Positions 9,160 to 17,692 of a DNA stretch of 64,000 nucleotides are shown in pieces. Numbering within the stretch: the stretch's first letter is position 1; each line of letters begins with the position of its first letter. The position numbers were made by a program, and so were the translations under genes. Below the pieces are notes generated by a model. That model saw only the letters and a program-made list of their open reading frames with translations, was not told where the DNA came from and did not search any database. This DNA is from Rhodospirillaceae bacterium. GTDB lineage: Bacteria > Pseudomonadota > Alphaproteobacteria > Rhodospirillales > Magnetospirillaceae. The stretch covers positions 7,010-71,009 of the forward strand of contig JAYFRE010000128.1 of NCBI GenBank assembly GCA_034926235.1. Reading direction: 5' to 3'.

Positions 9160-10692
9160 TCAGTCGCGCCAATAGACCTCGGTCAGGTCGTTCGATGGCA
9201 CCGGCTCGTTTTCCCACAAGCCCACAAGCTTTGCGTCCCAGACGCCCAGCTTGGGTTGGACGAACAGGAACAAGGCCGGCACATCCTGGGCCAGGATGCG
9301 TTGCAGATCGCCATAAAGGGCCGCGCGCGCGGCCTCGTCCGTTGTGCGCTCCAACTCGGCCAGCTTGGCGTCAAAGGCCGGGTTGTTGTAATTGAAATAA
9401 TAGGGTTTGCGCGCATAAATGCCGATGTCCAAGGGTTCGGCATGGCCGATGACGGTCATGTCGTAATCCTGGTCCTTGAACACGTTCTGCACCCAGGCGG
9501 CGGGGAATTCGCTGCTTTCGATGCGGGCCTTGACCCCGATTTCGGCCAGAAAGGCCTGCAACACCTCGGCGGTGCGCGAAGCATAGGCCCGGCTGGGCGC
9601 TTTCAAGACAAAGGAAAAGCCGTTGGGATAGCCTGCCTCGGCCAGCAGCGCCTTTGCCGCTTTGGGGTCGTAGGGAATGGCGTTCGCCAGATCGACATAG
9701 CCCGGATCATTGGGCGAAAAATGGCTGCCGATCGGCGTGCCATAGCCCGAGGACACGCTGTCGATCAGCAGCGGGCGTGAAACCGCCATCATCAGCGCGC
9801 GGCGCACGCGCGGATCGTCGAACGGCTTGCGGGCGTTGTTCATGCCGGCGACGACCTTCATTTCGGTATTGCCGGCATGGGTAACGAAGCGGGGATTGGC
9901 CGACAGCGCGCGGAAAAGCTCGGGCGCGCCGAATTCGGCGAAGGCATCGACGCCCTTGGACAGCAGCGCGGCGTTCTGGGCCTGGGGATCGGCGATGAAA
10001 CGAATGCGCGCGCGGTCCAGCTTGGCCGCCCCGTCCGGATTCCAATAATCGGAAAAGCGCTCCATGGCGACGGAATCGCCCTTGCGCCATTCGACGAAAC
10101 GGAAAGGACCGGTGCCGACGGGCTGGGTGCGGTTGGTGTCGGCCGATCCCGGCTCGACCATCACCGCCGCCGGTGTGCCGAGCCAGAAGAGCAGCTCGCC
10201 GGCGGGGCGGGACAGGCGCAGCACCAGATGGGTGGCATCCGGGGTCTCGACGCGGTTGATGGCTGAGAACAGCGCTTTTTGCGGGTTGGTCGATTCCTTG
10301 GACAGGATGCGTTCGATGGCGAATTTGGCGGTGGCGGAATCGAAAGGCGCGCCGTTATGGAACAGGACGCCATCGGCCAGGGTGAAACGGTAGGTCAGGC
10401 CGTCATCGGCGATTTCCCACGATTGGGCGAGCTGGGGCCGGATGCGCCCCGCCTCGTCGATTCGCGTCAAACCCTCGAAAATGTTCTGCCATGTGACCTG
10501 ACCGGCGGCGACCGGCGCGCCCGCGGTCGGGTCCAGCCCGGCCGGTTCGACGCTCATGCCAAGAATGATGTCGGTGCGGGGCGCGGCGGCGGCTTCCGCG
10601 GCAAAGCCGAGCAAGGCGGCCGCCGGAAGCAGAAGACAGGCGACGCGACGGCATAATGCAAGGCGGCCTTGCCGGGAAATATCCATGACCAA
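9160..10692 (-). CDS. ABC transporter substrate-binding protein, family 5 (peptide/nickel/opine type)
   Basis: 510 aa with a signal peptide ending AAEAAAAP. It has family-5 SBP length and motifs (LTRIDEAGRIRPQLAQSWE, DGLTYRFTL) and is the first gene of the transporter operon. Confidence 0.85.
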   Translation of the reverse strand: MVMDISRQGRLALCRRVACLLLPAAALLGFAAEAAAAPRTDIILGMSVEPAGLDPTAGAPVAAGQVTWQNIFEGLTRIDEAGRIRPQLAQSWEIADDGLTYRFTLADGVLFHNGAPFDSATAKFAIERILSKESTNPQKALFSAINRVETPDATHLVLRLSRPAGELLFWLGTPAAVMVEPGSADTNRTQPVGTGPFRFVEWRKGDSVAMERFSDYWNPDGAAKLDRARIRFIADPQAQNAALLSKGVDAFAEFGAPELFRALSANPRFVTHAGNTEMKVVAGMNNARKPFDDPRVRRALMMAVSRPLLIDSVSSGYGTPIGSHFSPNDPGYVDLANAIPYDPKAAKALLAEAGYPNGFSFVLKAPSRAYASRTAEVLQAFLAEIGVKARIESSEFPAAWVQNVFKDQDYDMTVIGHAEPLDIGIYARKPYYFNYNNPAFDAKLAELERTTDEAARAALYGDLQRILAQDVPALFLFVQPKLGVWDAKLVGLWENEPVPSNDLTEVYWRD

Positions 10693-10843
10693 CCAGCCCT
10701 TAATCTGTCGGGACGGCCCCGGAACCGGCCAAGGGCGGTGGGGCGATCAGGCGGGCAGTTTCGGTTAGGGCGGCGCGATGTTTCAACACCTAAATTCAAA
10801 GAAAAGCCGTTCGATGCGGCGCAATCTTGAATTCAGGCTTTTG

Positions 10844-11824
10844 TCAGGGGCGGGCGGCGGCGCGGATGGGGAACGGATCGGCGGCGGCGTAGCCGGCGTC
10901 GTGAAGACGGGCAAGCAGATCGGGGCGGGTGTTGAGGGCGGAACTTTCGGCAACCAGGCCATGGGTTATGGCCAGGCTGTGCAGGTCGAGATCGCGCACC
11001 CGTTTCAGCTTTTCCGGCAAGGGGTTCTGGTGTTCGAGCAGGGTGCGCATCTCCGTCAGCGCGTCGAGTTCGCGTTCCAGCAGCGCGTTGAACATGATCC
11101 GCCGCATCCGGGCCAGGATGTCGGACGCCGCCGTCGGGGTCGGTTCATCTTTAGGCGTCAGCTTGACCACGAGCAGCGAATCGCAATCGGTGTCCAGCAC
11201 CAGGGGCAGAATCGGCGGATTGGCGGACAGTCCGCCATCCCAATAGGCTTCACCCTCGATGGTCACGGCCTGATGCAGATGCGGAATGCAGGTCGAGGCC
11301 ATCAGCACGTCGGCGGTGATTTCATGTTCGCGGAAGATGCGCGGACGTCCGGTGCGGACATGGGTGGTGGAAATGAACAGGGGGATCGGTGTTTCGCGGC
11401 GCAACAGATCGAAATCGACCATCTCTTCGAGCAGGTCGCGCATCGGATTCAGATTGAGGGGGTTGAACTGATAGGGCGAGACCATCCGGGTCAGAAGATC
11501 GACCTGGAAGCCGCCGCCCGGAAAGCCCAGCGGGCTTAGGAAAGACATCTGGCCGATCGTCGTCCACAGCTTGCGCAAGGCGGCGCGCGCCTTGCTTGGG
11601 CCGCCCAGCAGCAATCCATGGGCGGCAACCACGGCGTTGACCGCGCCGGCGCTGGCCCCGGACAGGGCCGCGATGCGCAATCCGTCCTCTTCCTCAAGCA
11701 GGCGGTCGAGCACGCCCCAGGCGAAAGCGCCGTGCGCACCGCCGCCTTGCAAGGCCACGGCCCATGACGGAGCAGGCGGTCGCGTTCCGGTTCGGGGGGC
11801 GGTCCCCAGGGACTGGCGGAACAT
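10844..11824 (-). CDS. Patatin-like phospholipase family protein
   Basis: Oxyanion motif LQGGGAHGAFAWGVLD, nucleophile elbow GASAGAVNA and the catalytic Asp motif YWDGGLS. Confidence 0.8.
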   Translation of the reverse strand: MFRQSLGTAPRTGTRPPAPSWAVALQGGGAHGAFAWGVLDRLLEEEDGLRIAALSGASAGAVNAVVAAHGLLLGGPSKARAALRKLWTTIGQMSFLSPLGFPGGGFQVDLLTRMVSPYQFNPLNLNPMRDLLEEMVDFDLLRRETPIPLFISTTHVRTGRPRIFREHEITADVLMASTCIPHLHQAVTIEGEAYWDGGLSANPPILPLVLDTDCDSLLVVKLTPKDEPTPTAASDILARMRRIMFNALLERELDALTEMRTLLEHQNPLPEKLKRVRDLDLHSLAITHGLVAESSALNTRPDLLARLHDAGYAAADPFPIRAAARP

Positions 11825-12009
11825 GTCGGCTCCTTGAAAACGCCGTTCCAGCCTTGATCAAGACGGGGCGGCAACCTGGAATTGGGAAAAGGTCGTGGCA
11901 GCGAAAAGAGCACGCGTCGTTGCTGCATTGCAAAATAGTCTCGCTCCGGCTGTTTTTCAATGAAAGCCGCTTTGCATTCCCAGCGCGGGCAAAACGCGCG
12001 ATGGCGGGA

Positions 12010-12039
12010 TTGACAGACCGATGATGCTTCCCGTATAAA
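12010..12039 (+). promoter_or_regulatory. Candidate sigma-70 promoter of rpmJ
   Basis: TTGACA at 12010-12015 and TATAAA at 12034-12039, with an 18-nt spacer (or GTATAA with 17 nt). It lies about 100 nt upstream of the rpmJ ATG. Confidence 0.4.
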
Positions 12040-12141
12040 CCCGGCTCCGGTCGTGACGGGCCCCATACTATGACGGGGTTACGGCGGCTTTATCCCAATT
12101 GTCGCTCGACAGAGTGTCCTTGAAGAGCAGGATGTCTGGTC

Positions 12142-12267
12142 ATGAAGATTCGTAATTCCCTGAAGTCGGCCAAGCTGCGCGACAAGAACTGCCGGGTGGT
12201 CCGCCGCAAAGGGCGGGTCTATGTGATCAACAAGACCAATCCGCGGTTCAAGGCCCGCCAGGGCTGA
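12142..12267 (+). CDS. rpmJ: 50S ribosomal protein L36 (Cys-poor, YkgO-like type)
   Basis: Not in the ORF track because it is under 60 aa. My translation is [41 protein letters not shown] followed by a stop. This is the L36 signature with only one Cys. Confidence 0.9.
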   Translation: MKIRNSLKSAKLRDKNCRVVRRKGRVYVINKTNPRFKARQG

Positions 12268-12296
12268 CCATCCCTTAATCGGGAAGATTTCGCTGT

Positions 12297-12328
12297 CCGG
12301 GGCGGCTTTGTCCGCCCCGGCAGCTTTT
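12297..12328 (+). terminator. Rho-independent terminator after rpmJ
   Basis: Stem CCGGGGCGG (12297-12305), loop CTTTGT, stem CCGCCCCGG (12312-12320), then CAGCTTTTCT. Confidence 0.6.
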
Positions 12329-12358
12329 CTGCGTCTGCACGGCCAAAAGGCCGCGCGG

Positions 12359-13774
12359 CTAGGCTATCGTCGCGACCCTTAGGATGTTGGTGGTTCCGCT
12401 GATGCCGAAAGGCATGCCGGCGGTGATGACCACGCTTTGTCCCTCGACGGCGAAGCCCCGGGCTTTGGCGGTCCGAAGCGCCACCTTTTCCATATCATCC
12501 ACGGTGAACAGTTCGGGCACGATCTCGGGCGTTGCGCCCCAGACCAGCGCCATCTGGCGGGCTACGCGAACGCTGGTGGTCAGGCACAGCATCGGTGTCG
12601 GCGGCCGTTCGCGCGCCGTGCGCAAGGTGGTTGCGCCCGAAGCGGTGAAGGTGACGATCGCGGCCAGTTCCAGCGTTTGCGCGACCTGACGGGCGGCTGC
12701 GCCGATGGCGTCGGCCAGGGTTTCGTCCGGGGCGGGGCGGGCTGCGTCCAGGCCGGCCCGGTACAAAGGATCGGCCTCGATGGTGGTGACGATGCGGTCC
12801 ATCATCGTCACAGCTTCGACCGGATAGGACCCGGCGGCGGTTTCGGCGGACAGCATGACGGCGTCGGCTCCGTCATAGATGGCGGTGGCGACGTCCGACG
12901 CCTCGGCGCGGGTGGGAACGGGTGCGCGGATCATCGATTCCAGCATCTGGGTCGCCACCACGACCGGCCTACCCGCCTGGCGCGCGGCCTTGAGCATGCG
13001 TTTTTGCAGGATCGGCACGGTTTCGGGCGGGCATTCGACGCCCAGATCGCCCCGGGCGACCATGATGGCATCGGACAAGGCGACGATCGCATCCAGATGA
13101 TCGATGGCGGCGGGTTTTTCCAGCTTGCTCATGATCCGCGCCCGACCCTTGATCCTTTCCTTCAACTGGGTCACATCCTCGGGCCGCTGGACAAAGGACA
13201 GGGCGATCCAATCCGCGCCCGCATCGAGCGCCGCTTCGAGATCGGCGGCGTCCTTGGCGGTCAGGGCAGAAATCGGCAGGGTGACGTTGGGAACGTTGAC
13301 ACCCTTGTGGTCGGACAGAGGACCGCCGGCGATAACCCGCGTTTCGGCGAAATCGGGTCCGCAAGACTCGACTTTGAGCGACAGGCGACCATCATCCAGC
13401 AGCAGACTGGCACCCGGCGCGATCGCCGCGAAGATTTCCGGATGGGGCAGACAGCAGCGGCGTCCGTCGCCCGGCGCGGGGTCGAGGTCGAGCCGGAACG
13501 GTGCATCGGGGGTCAGGGTGATGGGACCGTTTTGGAAGGTGCCGATCCGAAGCTTCGGTCCCTGAAGATCGGCCAGGATGCCGATGGGGCGGGCTTTTCT
13601 GTCTTCGATGGCGCGGATGACGGCGACCAGGCGGCGGAATTCGTCATGGCCGGCATGGCTGAAATTAAGCCGGAAGATGTCGGCGCCCGCGTCGAACAGG
13701 GCCTCGATCCGCTCCGGCGTGGCGCTGGCGGGGCCAAGTGTGGCCAGGATCTTGGCTTTGCGGTTTCTTTTCAT
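12359..13774 (-). CDS. pyk: Pyruvate kinase
   Basis: MKRNRKAKILATLGPAS...FRLNFSHAGHDE...MVARGDLGVE...ATQMLESM are canonical PK motifs. Start trimmed to the ATG at 13774, giving 471 aa. Confidence 0.9.
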   Translation of the reverse strand: MKRNRKAKILATLGPASATPERIEALFDAGADIFRLNFSHAGHDEFRRLVAVIRAIEDRKARPIGILADLQGPKLRIGTFQNGPITLTPDAPFRLDLDPAPGDGRRCCLPHPEIFAAIAPGASLLLDDGRLSLKVESCGPDFAETRVIAGGPLSDHKGVNVPNVTLPISALTAKDAADLEAALDAGADWIALSFVQRPEDVTQLKERIKGRARIMSKLEKPAAIDHLDAIVALSDAIMVARGDLGVECPPETVPILQKRMLKAARQAGRPVVVATQMLESMIRAPVPTRAEASDVATAIYDGADAVMLSAETAAGSYPVEAVTMMDRIVTTIEADPLYRAGLDAARPAPDETLADAIGAAARQVAQTLELAAIVTFTASGATTLRTARERPPTPMLCLTTSVRVARQMALVWGATPEIVPELFTVDDMEKVALRTAKARGFAVEGQSVVITAGMPFGISGTTNILRVATIA

Positions 13775-14290
13775 GCAGGCACCCTTTACGAGAATCGGTT
13801 CAGCCGAAATGTCCGCCCGGCCCGAGGGTAGACGAATCATTGGGCCGCGTCAGCGTTTCCGAAGGACAGTTGCCCGATCGGGGGCGGCTCTGTTATCGTC
13901 AACAGGTTCTTTTGGGCCATTTTTTCCGTTGGATTTGATGGTGGCGTGCAAGCGACTTCGCTTGCGGGAACCACCCGAACGGTATATTTGTTATGGCATG
14001 TCGTTATGTCGCACCCTATCCAAACGCCATGATCAGCCGCACGGCTTGGATGGCGTTTGCGCTGGGGTGCGCGTGATGCGGAGGACCGGGTAACCGGATA
14101 AGGCAGGCATAAAGGCATTTAATAACCCGCTTGCCCGGATGGTTCCTCGTCGCTTCTGTTATCTGGCGGACGCAATCGAATGCCGCGCGGCAAGCTTGAA
14201 GGTAGGCCTGTCTGGAACGTCTTTAATGCGGGATGTCCATCCCTGTTGTAAGATCGTTGCAATTTTAAGGTGTGTAGGGGAGTACGGAAG

Positions 14291-15430
14291 ATGATTTTTG
14301 AACTTAACGAAACCCAGATTGCCTTCCAGGACGCTGTCCGGAAGTTCGCCCAGGCGGAAATCGCTCCGCGCGCGGCCGAGCTGGATGAGAAGGAACTGTT
14401 CGACCGTTCTCAGTATGACAAGATGGGCGAGCAGGGCTTTGCCGGCATTTGCTATCCCGAAGAATTCGGCGGCTCGGGCGCTGATTATCTGAGCTACATC
14501 CTCACCATCGAGGAACTGTCCCGCGCCGACGACTCCGCTGGCGTGACCCTGTCCGCCTCGGTGTCCCTGTGCGCCTGGCCGATCTATGCTTTCGGCACCG
14601 AAGAGCAGAAGAAGAAGTATCTGACCCCGCTCTGCACCGGCGAAAAGCTGGGCGCTTTCGGCTTGACCGAGCCGAACGCCGGCACCGACGCCGCCGCGCA
14701 GAAGTCGATCGCTGTTCTGAACGGCGACCATTACATCCTGAACGGCTCGAAGGTGTTCATCACCAACGCCGGCTCGGCCGAAACCTATGTCGTCTTCGCG
14801 ATGACCGACCGTTCCAAGGGCCTGAAGGGCATCACCGCCTTCATCCTTGAGAAGGGCATGCCCGGCTTCACCTTCGGCAAGAAGGAACACAAGCTCGGTA
14901 TCCGCGCCTCTCAGACCATGGAACTGATCTTCCAAGACGTGAAGGTGCCGGTCGCCAACCGTCTGGGCCAGGAAGGCGAAGGCTTCAAGGTCGCCATGCA
15001 GACCCTGGACGGCGGCCGTATCGGCATCGCCGCGCAGGCTCTGGGCATCGCTCAGGCCGCTCTGGATCATGCCGTCGCTTATGCGAAGGAACGCGTTCAG
15101 TTCGGCAAGCCGATCTCGGCCAACCAGGCGATCAGCTTCAAGATCGCCGACATGGCGATGAAGCTGGATGCGGCGCGTCTGCTGACCTACCGGGCTGCTT
15201 ATCTCAAAGAGAACAAGAAGCCCTACTCCAAGGAAGCCGCGATGGCCAAGTGCTTCGCCGGCGACGCCGCGATGGCGATTTCCATCGAAGCGGTGCAGAT
15301 CATGGGCGGCAACGGCTACAGCCGTGAATATCCGGTCGAGCGCTTGATGCGCAACGCCAAGATCACCCAGATCTATGAAGGCACCAACGAAGTGCAGCGC
15401 ATGGTCATTTCCGGCGCGGTGCTGCGTTAG
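14291..15430 (+). CDS. Short-chain (butyryl-CoA type) acyl-CoA dehydrogenase
   Basis: 379 aa from the ATG at 14291 (RBS GGGGAG upstream). ACAD motifs GAFGLTEPNAGTDA and QIYEGTNEVQRMVI (catalytic Glu) are present. It reads colinear with Bcd-type enzymes as I remember them. Confidence 0.9.
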   Translation: MIFELNETQIAFQDAVRKFAQAEIAPRAAELDEKELFDRSQYDKMGEQGFAGICYPEEFGGSGADYLSYILTIEELSRADDSAGVTLSASVSLCAWPIYAFGTEEQKKKYLTPLCTGEKLGAFGLTEPNAGTDAAAQKSIAVLNGDHYILNGSKVFITNAGSAETYVVFAMTDRSKGLKGITAFILEKGMPGFTFGKKEHKLGIRASQTMELIFQDVKVPVANRLGQEGEGFKVAMQTLDGGRIGIAAQALGIAQAALDHAVAYAKERVQFGKPISANQAISFKIADMAMKLDAARLLTYRAAYLKENKKPYSKEAAMAKCFAGDAAMAISIEAVQIMGGNGYSREYPVERLMRNAKITQIYEGTNEVQRMVISGAVLR

Positions 15431-15445
15431 GATCGACGGTACGTT

Positions 15446-15487
15446 TTCGCGCGGCGTTCGGAAATCCGGCGCCGCGCGAACTTTTCC
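15446..15487 (+). terminator. Rho-independent terminator after the acyl-CoA dehydrogenase gene
   Basis: 11-bp stem TTCGCGCGGCG (15446-15456) pairs with CGCCGCGCGAA (15470-15480), followed by CTTTTCC. Confidence 0.55.
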
Positions 15488-15662
15488 GATCTCCCCCTTT
15501 CCGGTTCGCCGGAAAGGGGGGATTCCGGGACGAAGGCGGGAACGCTCCCGTATCTCCGGAATATGACCATCCCCGGCGGGGGTGTTTATGCCCGTCACGA
15601 ACCGGCCCAAGACCGGTTTGCTTTATTCCGAATGCCGCCTACAAACGTGATATGGGGGGATC

Positions 15663-16415
15663 ATGGCCCTTGATTATAATGCCGTGGTCACGACCAGCGT
15701 GGCCAAGCAGATTGCCGAAAGCCTTCGCCAGGCGATCATCGACGGCAAGATCAAGGTCGGAGAAAGGCTGCCGACCGAAGAGGATCTCGCCAAATCCTAT
15801 CAGGTGTCGCGCCCGACCATCCGCGAGGCCCTGAAGCGGCTGGCGGCGCAGAATCTGGTCCATTCCCGGCGCGGCCCCAGCGGCGGAAATTTCGTTACCC
15901 GTCCTGATCCAGTCTTATCCGCCCAGTCGGTGGCCAGTGTGGCGACCCTGCTGGTTGGATTGGGCGCGTTCGATCTGGATGAAATCGTTTCCGCCCGGTT
16001 GGAGACGGAAACAATCTGCGCCCATCTGGCGGCGCAACACCGCACGCCCGAGGATCTGGCGCGGATGGCGGCCGAGATCGCCGTCCAGTCCGACGATAGC
16101 GGTCGTGTGACCGACGAGATGTTCTGCGAATCGGATGTCAAATTCCACCGGGCGCTGGTTGACGCCTCGGGCAACGGCCCGATGCGATTCATGATGCATC
16201 TGGTGGTCGAAGCGATGGTGCCGATCACCAATTTCATGTCCTTCCGCGAACGCGAACGCCGGGTCATCGTCGGCTATCACCGTGCCATCGTGGACGCTCT
16301 GACGAATCGTGACGGCGACAGCGCCGCCGAGTCGTTGCGCAGCCTGATGACCTATCTGCGCGGCCGGTATGAAGACGCCCAGCAGCATGTCTCGCCAGCG
16401 GTCCAGCCTCACTAA
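15663..16415 (+). CDS. GntR family transcriptional regulator (FadR/FCD subfamily)
   Basis: N-terminal winged-HTH (GERLPTEEDLAKSYQVSRPTIREALKRL) plus a helical FCD-type C-terminal domain (FHRALVDASGN). Confidence 0.85.
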   Translation: MALDYNAVVTTSVAKQIAESLRQAIIDGKIKVGERLPTEEDLAKSYQVSRPTIREALKRLAAQNLVHSRRGPSGGNFVTRPDPVLSAQSVASVATLLVGLGAFDLDEIVSARLETETICAHLAAQHRTPEDLARMAAEIAVQSDDSGRVTDEMFCESDVKFHRALVDASGNGPMRFMMHLVVEAMVPITNFMSFRERERRVIVGYHRAIVDALTNRDGDSAAESLRSLMTYLRGRYEDAQQHVSPAVQPH

Positions 16416-16504
16416 TCTTCCGATTGGAAAGCAAGGAACGGAGTGGGGCTGACGGTCTTTATGCTTATGCTTCATCCGATGGAGCCGAATCGGATGAGGC
16501 CGTC

Positions 16505-17569
16505 ATGCCGGAAGCAAAAACATCGACTGAACAAGACCCGCGCTGGCGCTGCGTCGTTGCCAGAGACAGGGCGGCGGACGGCAGCTTCGTCTATGCCGTG
16601 AAAACGACCGGGGTCTATTGCCGTCCATCCTGTCCCTCCAGGACGGCCAATCCGGCGAATGTTCATTTCTACGCCACGCCGGCTGAAGCTGAGGCCGCGG
16701 GTTTCCGGCCCTGCCGGCGCTGCGGCCCGAACAGACAATCGCCGGTCGAGGCCAATGCGGCGCTGATCGCCGAAGCCTGCCGCCTGATCGAGGCGTCCGA
16801 GAGCATGCCTAGGCTTGATGATCTTGCCGGGCGCATCGGCATGAGCTCATTCTATTTTCATCGTCAATTCAAGGCATTCACCGGCCTTACGCCACGCCAA
16901 TGGGCGGCGGCACACCGGGCGCGCAAGGTTCGTGCCGGGCTTTCGGACCAGGATAACAGCGTGACGGGTGCGATGTATGACGCGGGCTTCAATTCGAGCA
17001 GCCGCTTCTATGAACGATCAGACGCAATGCTGGGCATGATCCCGACGGACTATAAACAGGGTGGCAAGGGCGTCGATATCCGTTTCGCCGTGGGGCAATG
17101 TTCCCTGGGAGCGATACTCGTCGCCGAGAGCGGCAAGGGGATCTGTGCGATATCGCTGGGCGACGATCCGGATGCGCTGGTCCAGGATCTTCAGGACCAG
17201 TTTCCGAAGGCGCATTTCATTGGCGGCGATTCTGTGTTCGAAAATCGGGTCGCCCAAATCGTCGGTTTTATCGAAGTGCCGGCGATCGGGCTCGATTTGC
17301 CGCTCGACCTGCAAGGCACCGCTTTTCAGGAACGGGTTTGGCGGGCGTTAAGCCGGGTGCCCGCCGGCCAGACCGTTTCCTACACGGATATCGCGCAGCG
17401 GATCGGGGAACCGAAGGCGGTGCGCGCCGTGGCCAGGGCTTGCGCCGCGAACAAGATCGCGGTGGCCATTCCCTGCCATCGCGTCATCCGCGCCGATGGC
17501 GGAATTTCCGGCTATCGCTGGGGCGTCGAACGCAAACGGGCTTTGCTGAAAAGGGAGTCCGGGTCGTAA
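16505..17569 (+). CDS. ada: Bifunctional Ada: methylphosphotriester-DNA methyltransferase/AraC-type activator plus O6-methylguanine-DNA methyltransferase
   Basis: N-terminal Zn/Cys motif FVYAVKTTGVYCRPSCPSR...GFRPCRRCGP, a central AraC HTH (SSFYFHRQFKAFTGLTPRQW) and the C-terminal active site IPCHRVIRADGGISGYRWG. It is 354 aa from the ATG at 16505. Confidence 0.85.
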   Translation: MPEAKTSTEQDPRWRCVVARDRAADGSFVYAVKTTGVYCRPSCPSRTANPANVHFYATPAEAEAAGFRPCRRCGPNRQSPVEANAALIAEACRLIEASESMPRLDDLAGRIGMSSFYFHRQFKAFTGLTPRQWAAAHRARKVRAGLSDQDNSVTGAMYDAGFNSSSRFYERSDAMLGMIPTDYKQGGKGVDIRFAVGQCSLGAILVAESGKGICAISLGDDPDALVQDLQDQFPKAHFIGGDSVFENRVAQIVGFIEVPAIGLDLPLDLQGTAFQERVWRALSRVPAGQTVSYTDIAQRIGEPKAVRAVARACAANKIAVAIPCHRVIRADGGISGYRWGVERKRALLKRESGS

Positions 17570-17692
17570 AAGGCGATGCGGCTGACCAGACCGTCAACCG
17601 CATCATGCCGCCGCCGGATGCCGTTCACCGCCAAAAGAGGCGGAAAGCCTCTTTTGGCGGTGACATCGGGCATGCCGCCGAACGGCTGCCGG

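Noticed and set aside
10844-11824. Patatin-like phospholipase as a possible effector of a CBASS-like or other defence system
   Set aside because: No cyclase/nucleotidyltransferase, sensor or other defence-type partner is adjacent. Its neighbours are a transporter operon and rpmJ, and it looks like a solitary housekeeping-type lipase.
12437-13831. Other long antisense ORFs. This example is 464 aa opposite pyk. Others are at 17576-18793, 20429-21412, 30171-31316, 32611-33390, 34640-35911, 37088-37939, 40064-41137, 42982-44043, 54896-56263 and many shorter ones
   Set aside because: Each overlaps a gene with clear family motifs on the other strand and encodes Arg/Gly/Pro/Ala/Asp-rich low-complexity sequence. 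This is the expected stop-codon depletion in 62-70% G+C DNA.
14159-15610. 483-aa ORF on the minus strand covering the whole acyl-CoA dehydrogenase gene
   Set aside because: It lies exactly antisense to a gene with unmistakable ACAD motifs. Its product is low-complexity (Gly/Ala/Arg/Leu/Asp-rich) with no recognisable domain. This is the typical GC-rich shadow ORF created by codon bias on the sense strand.
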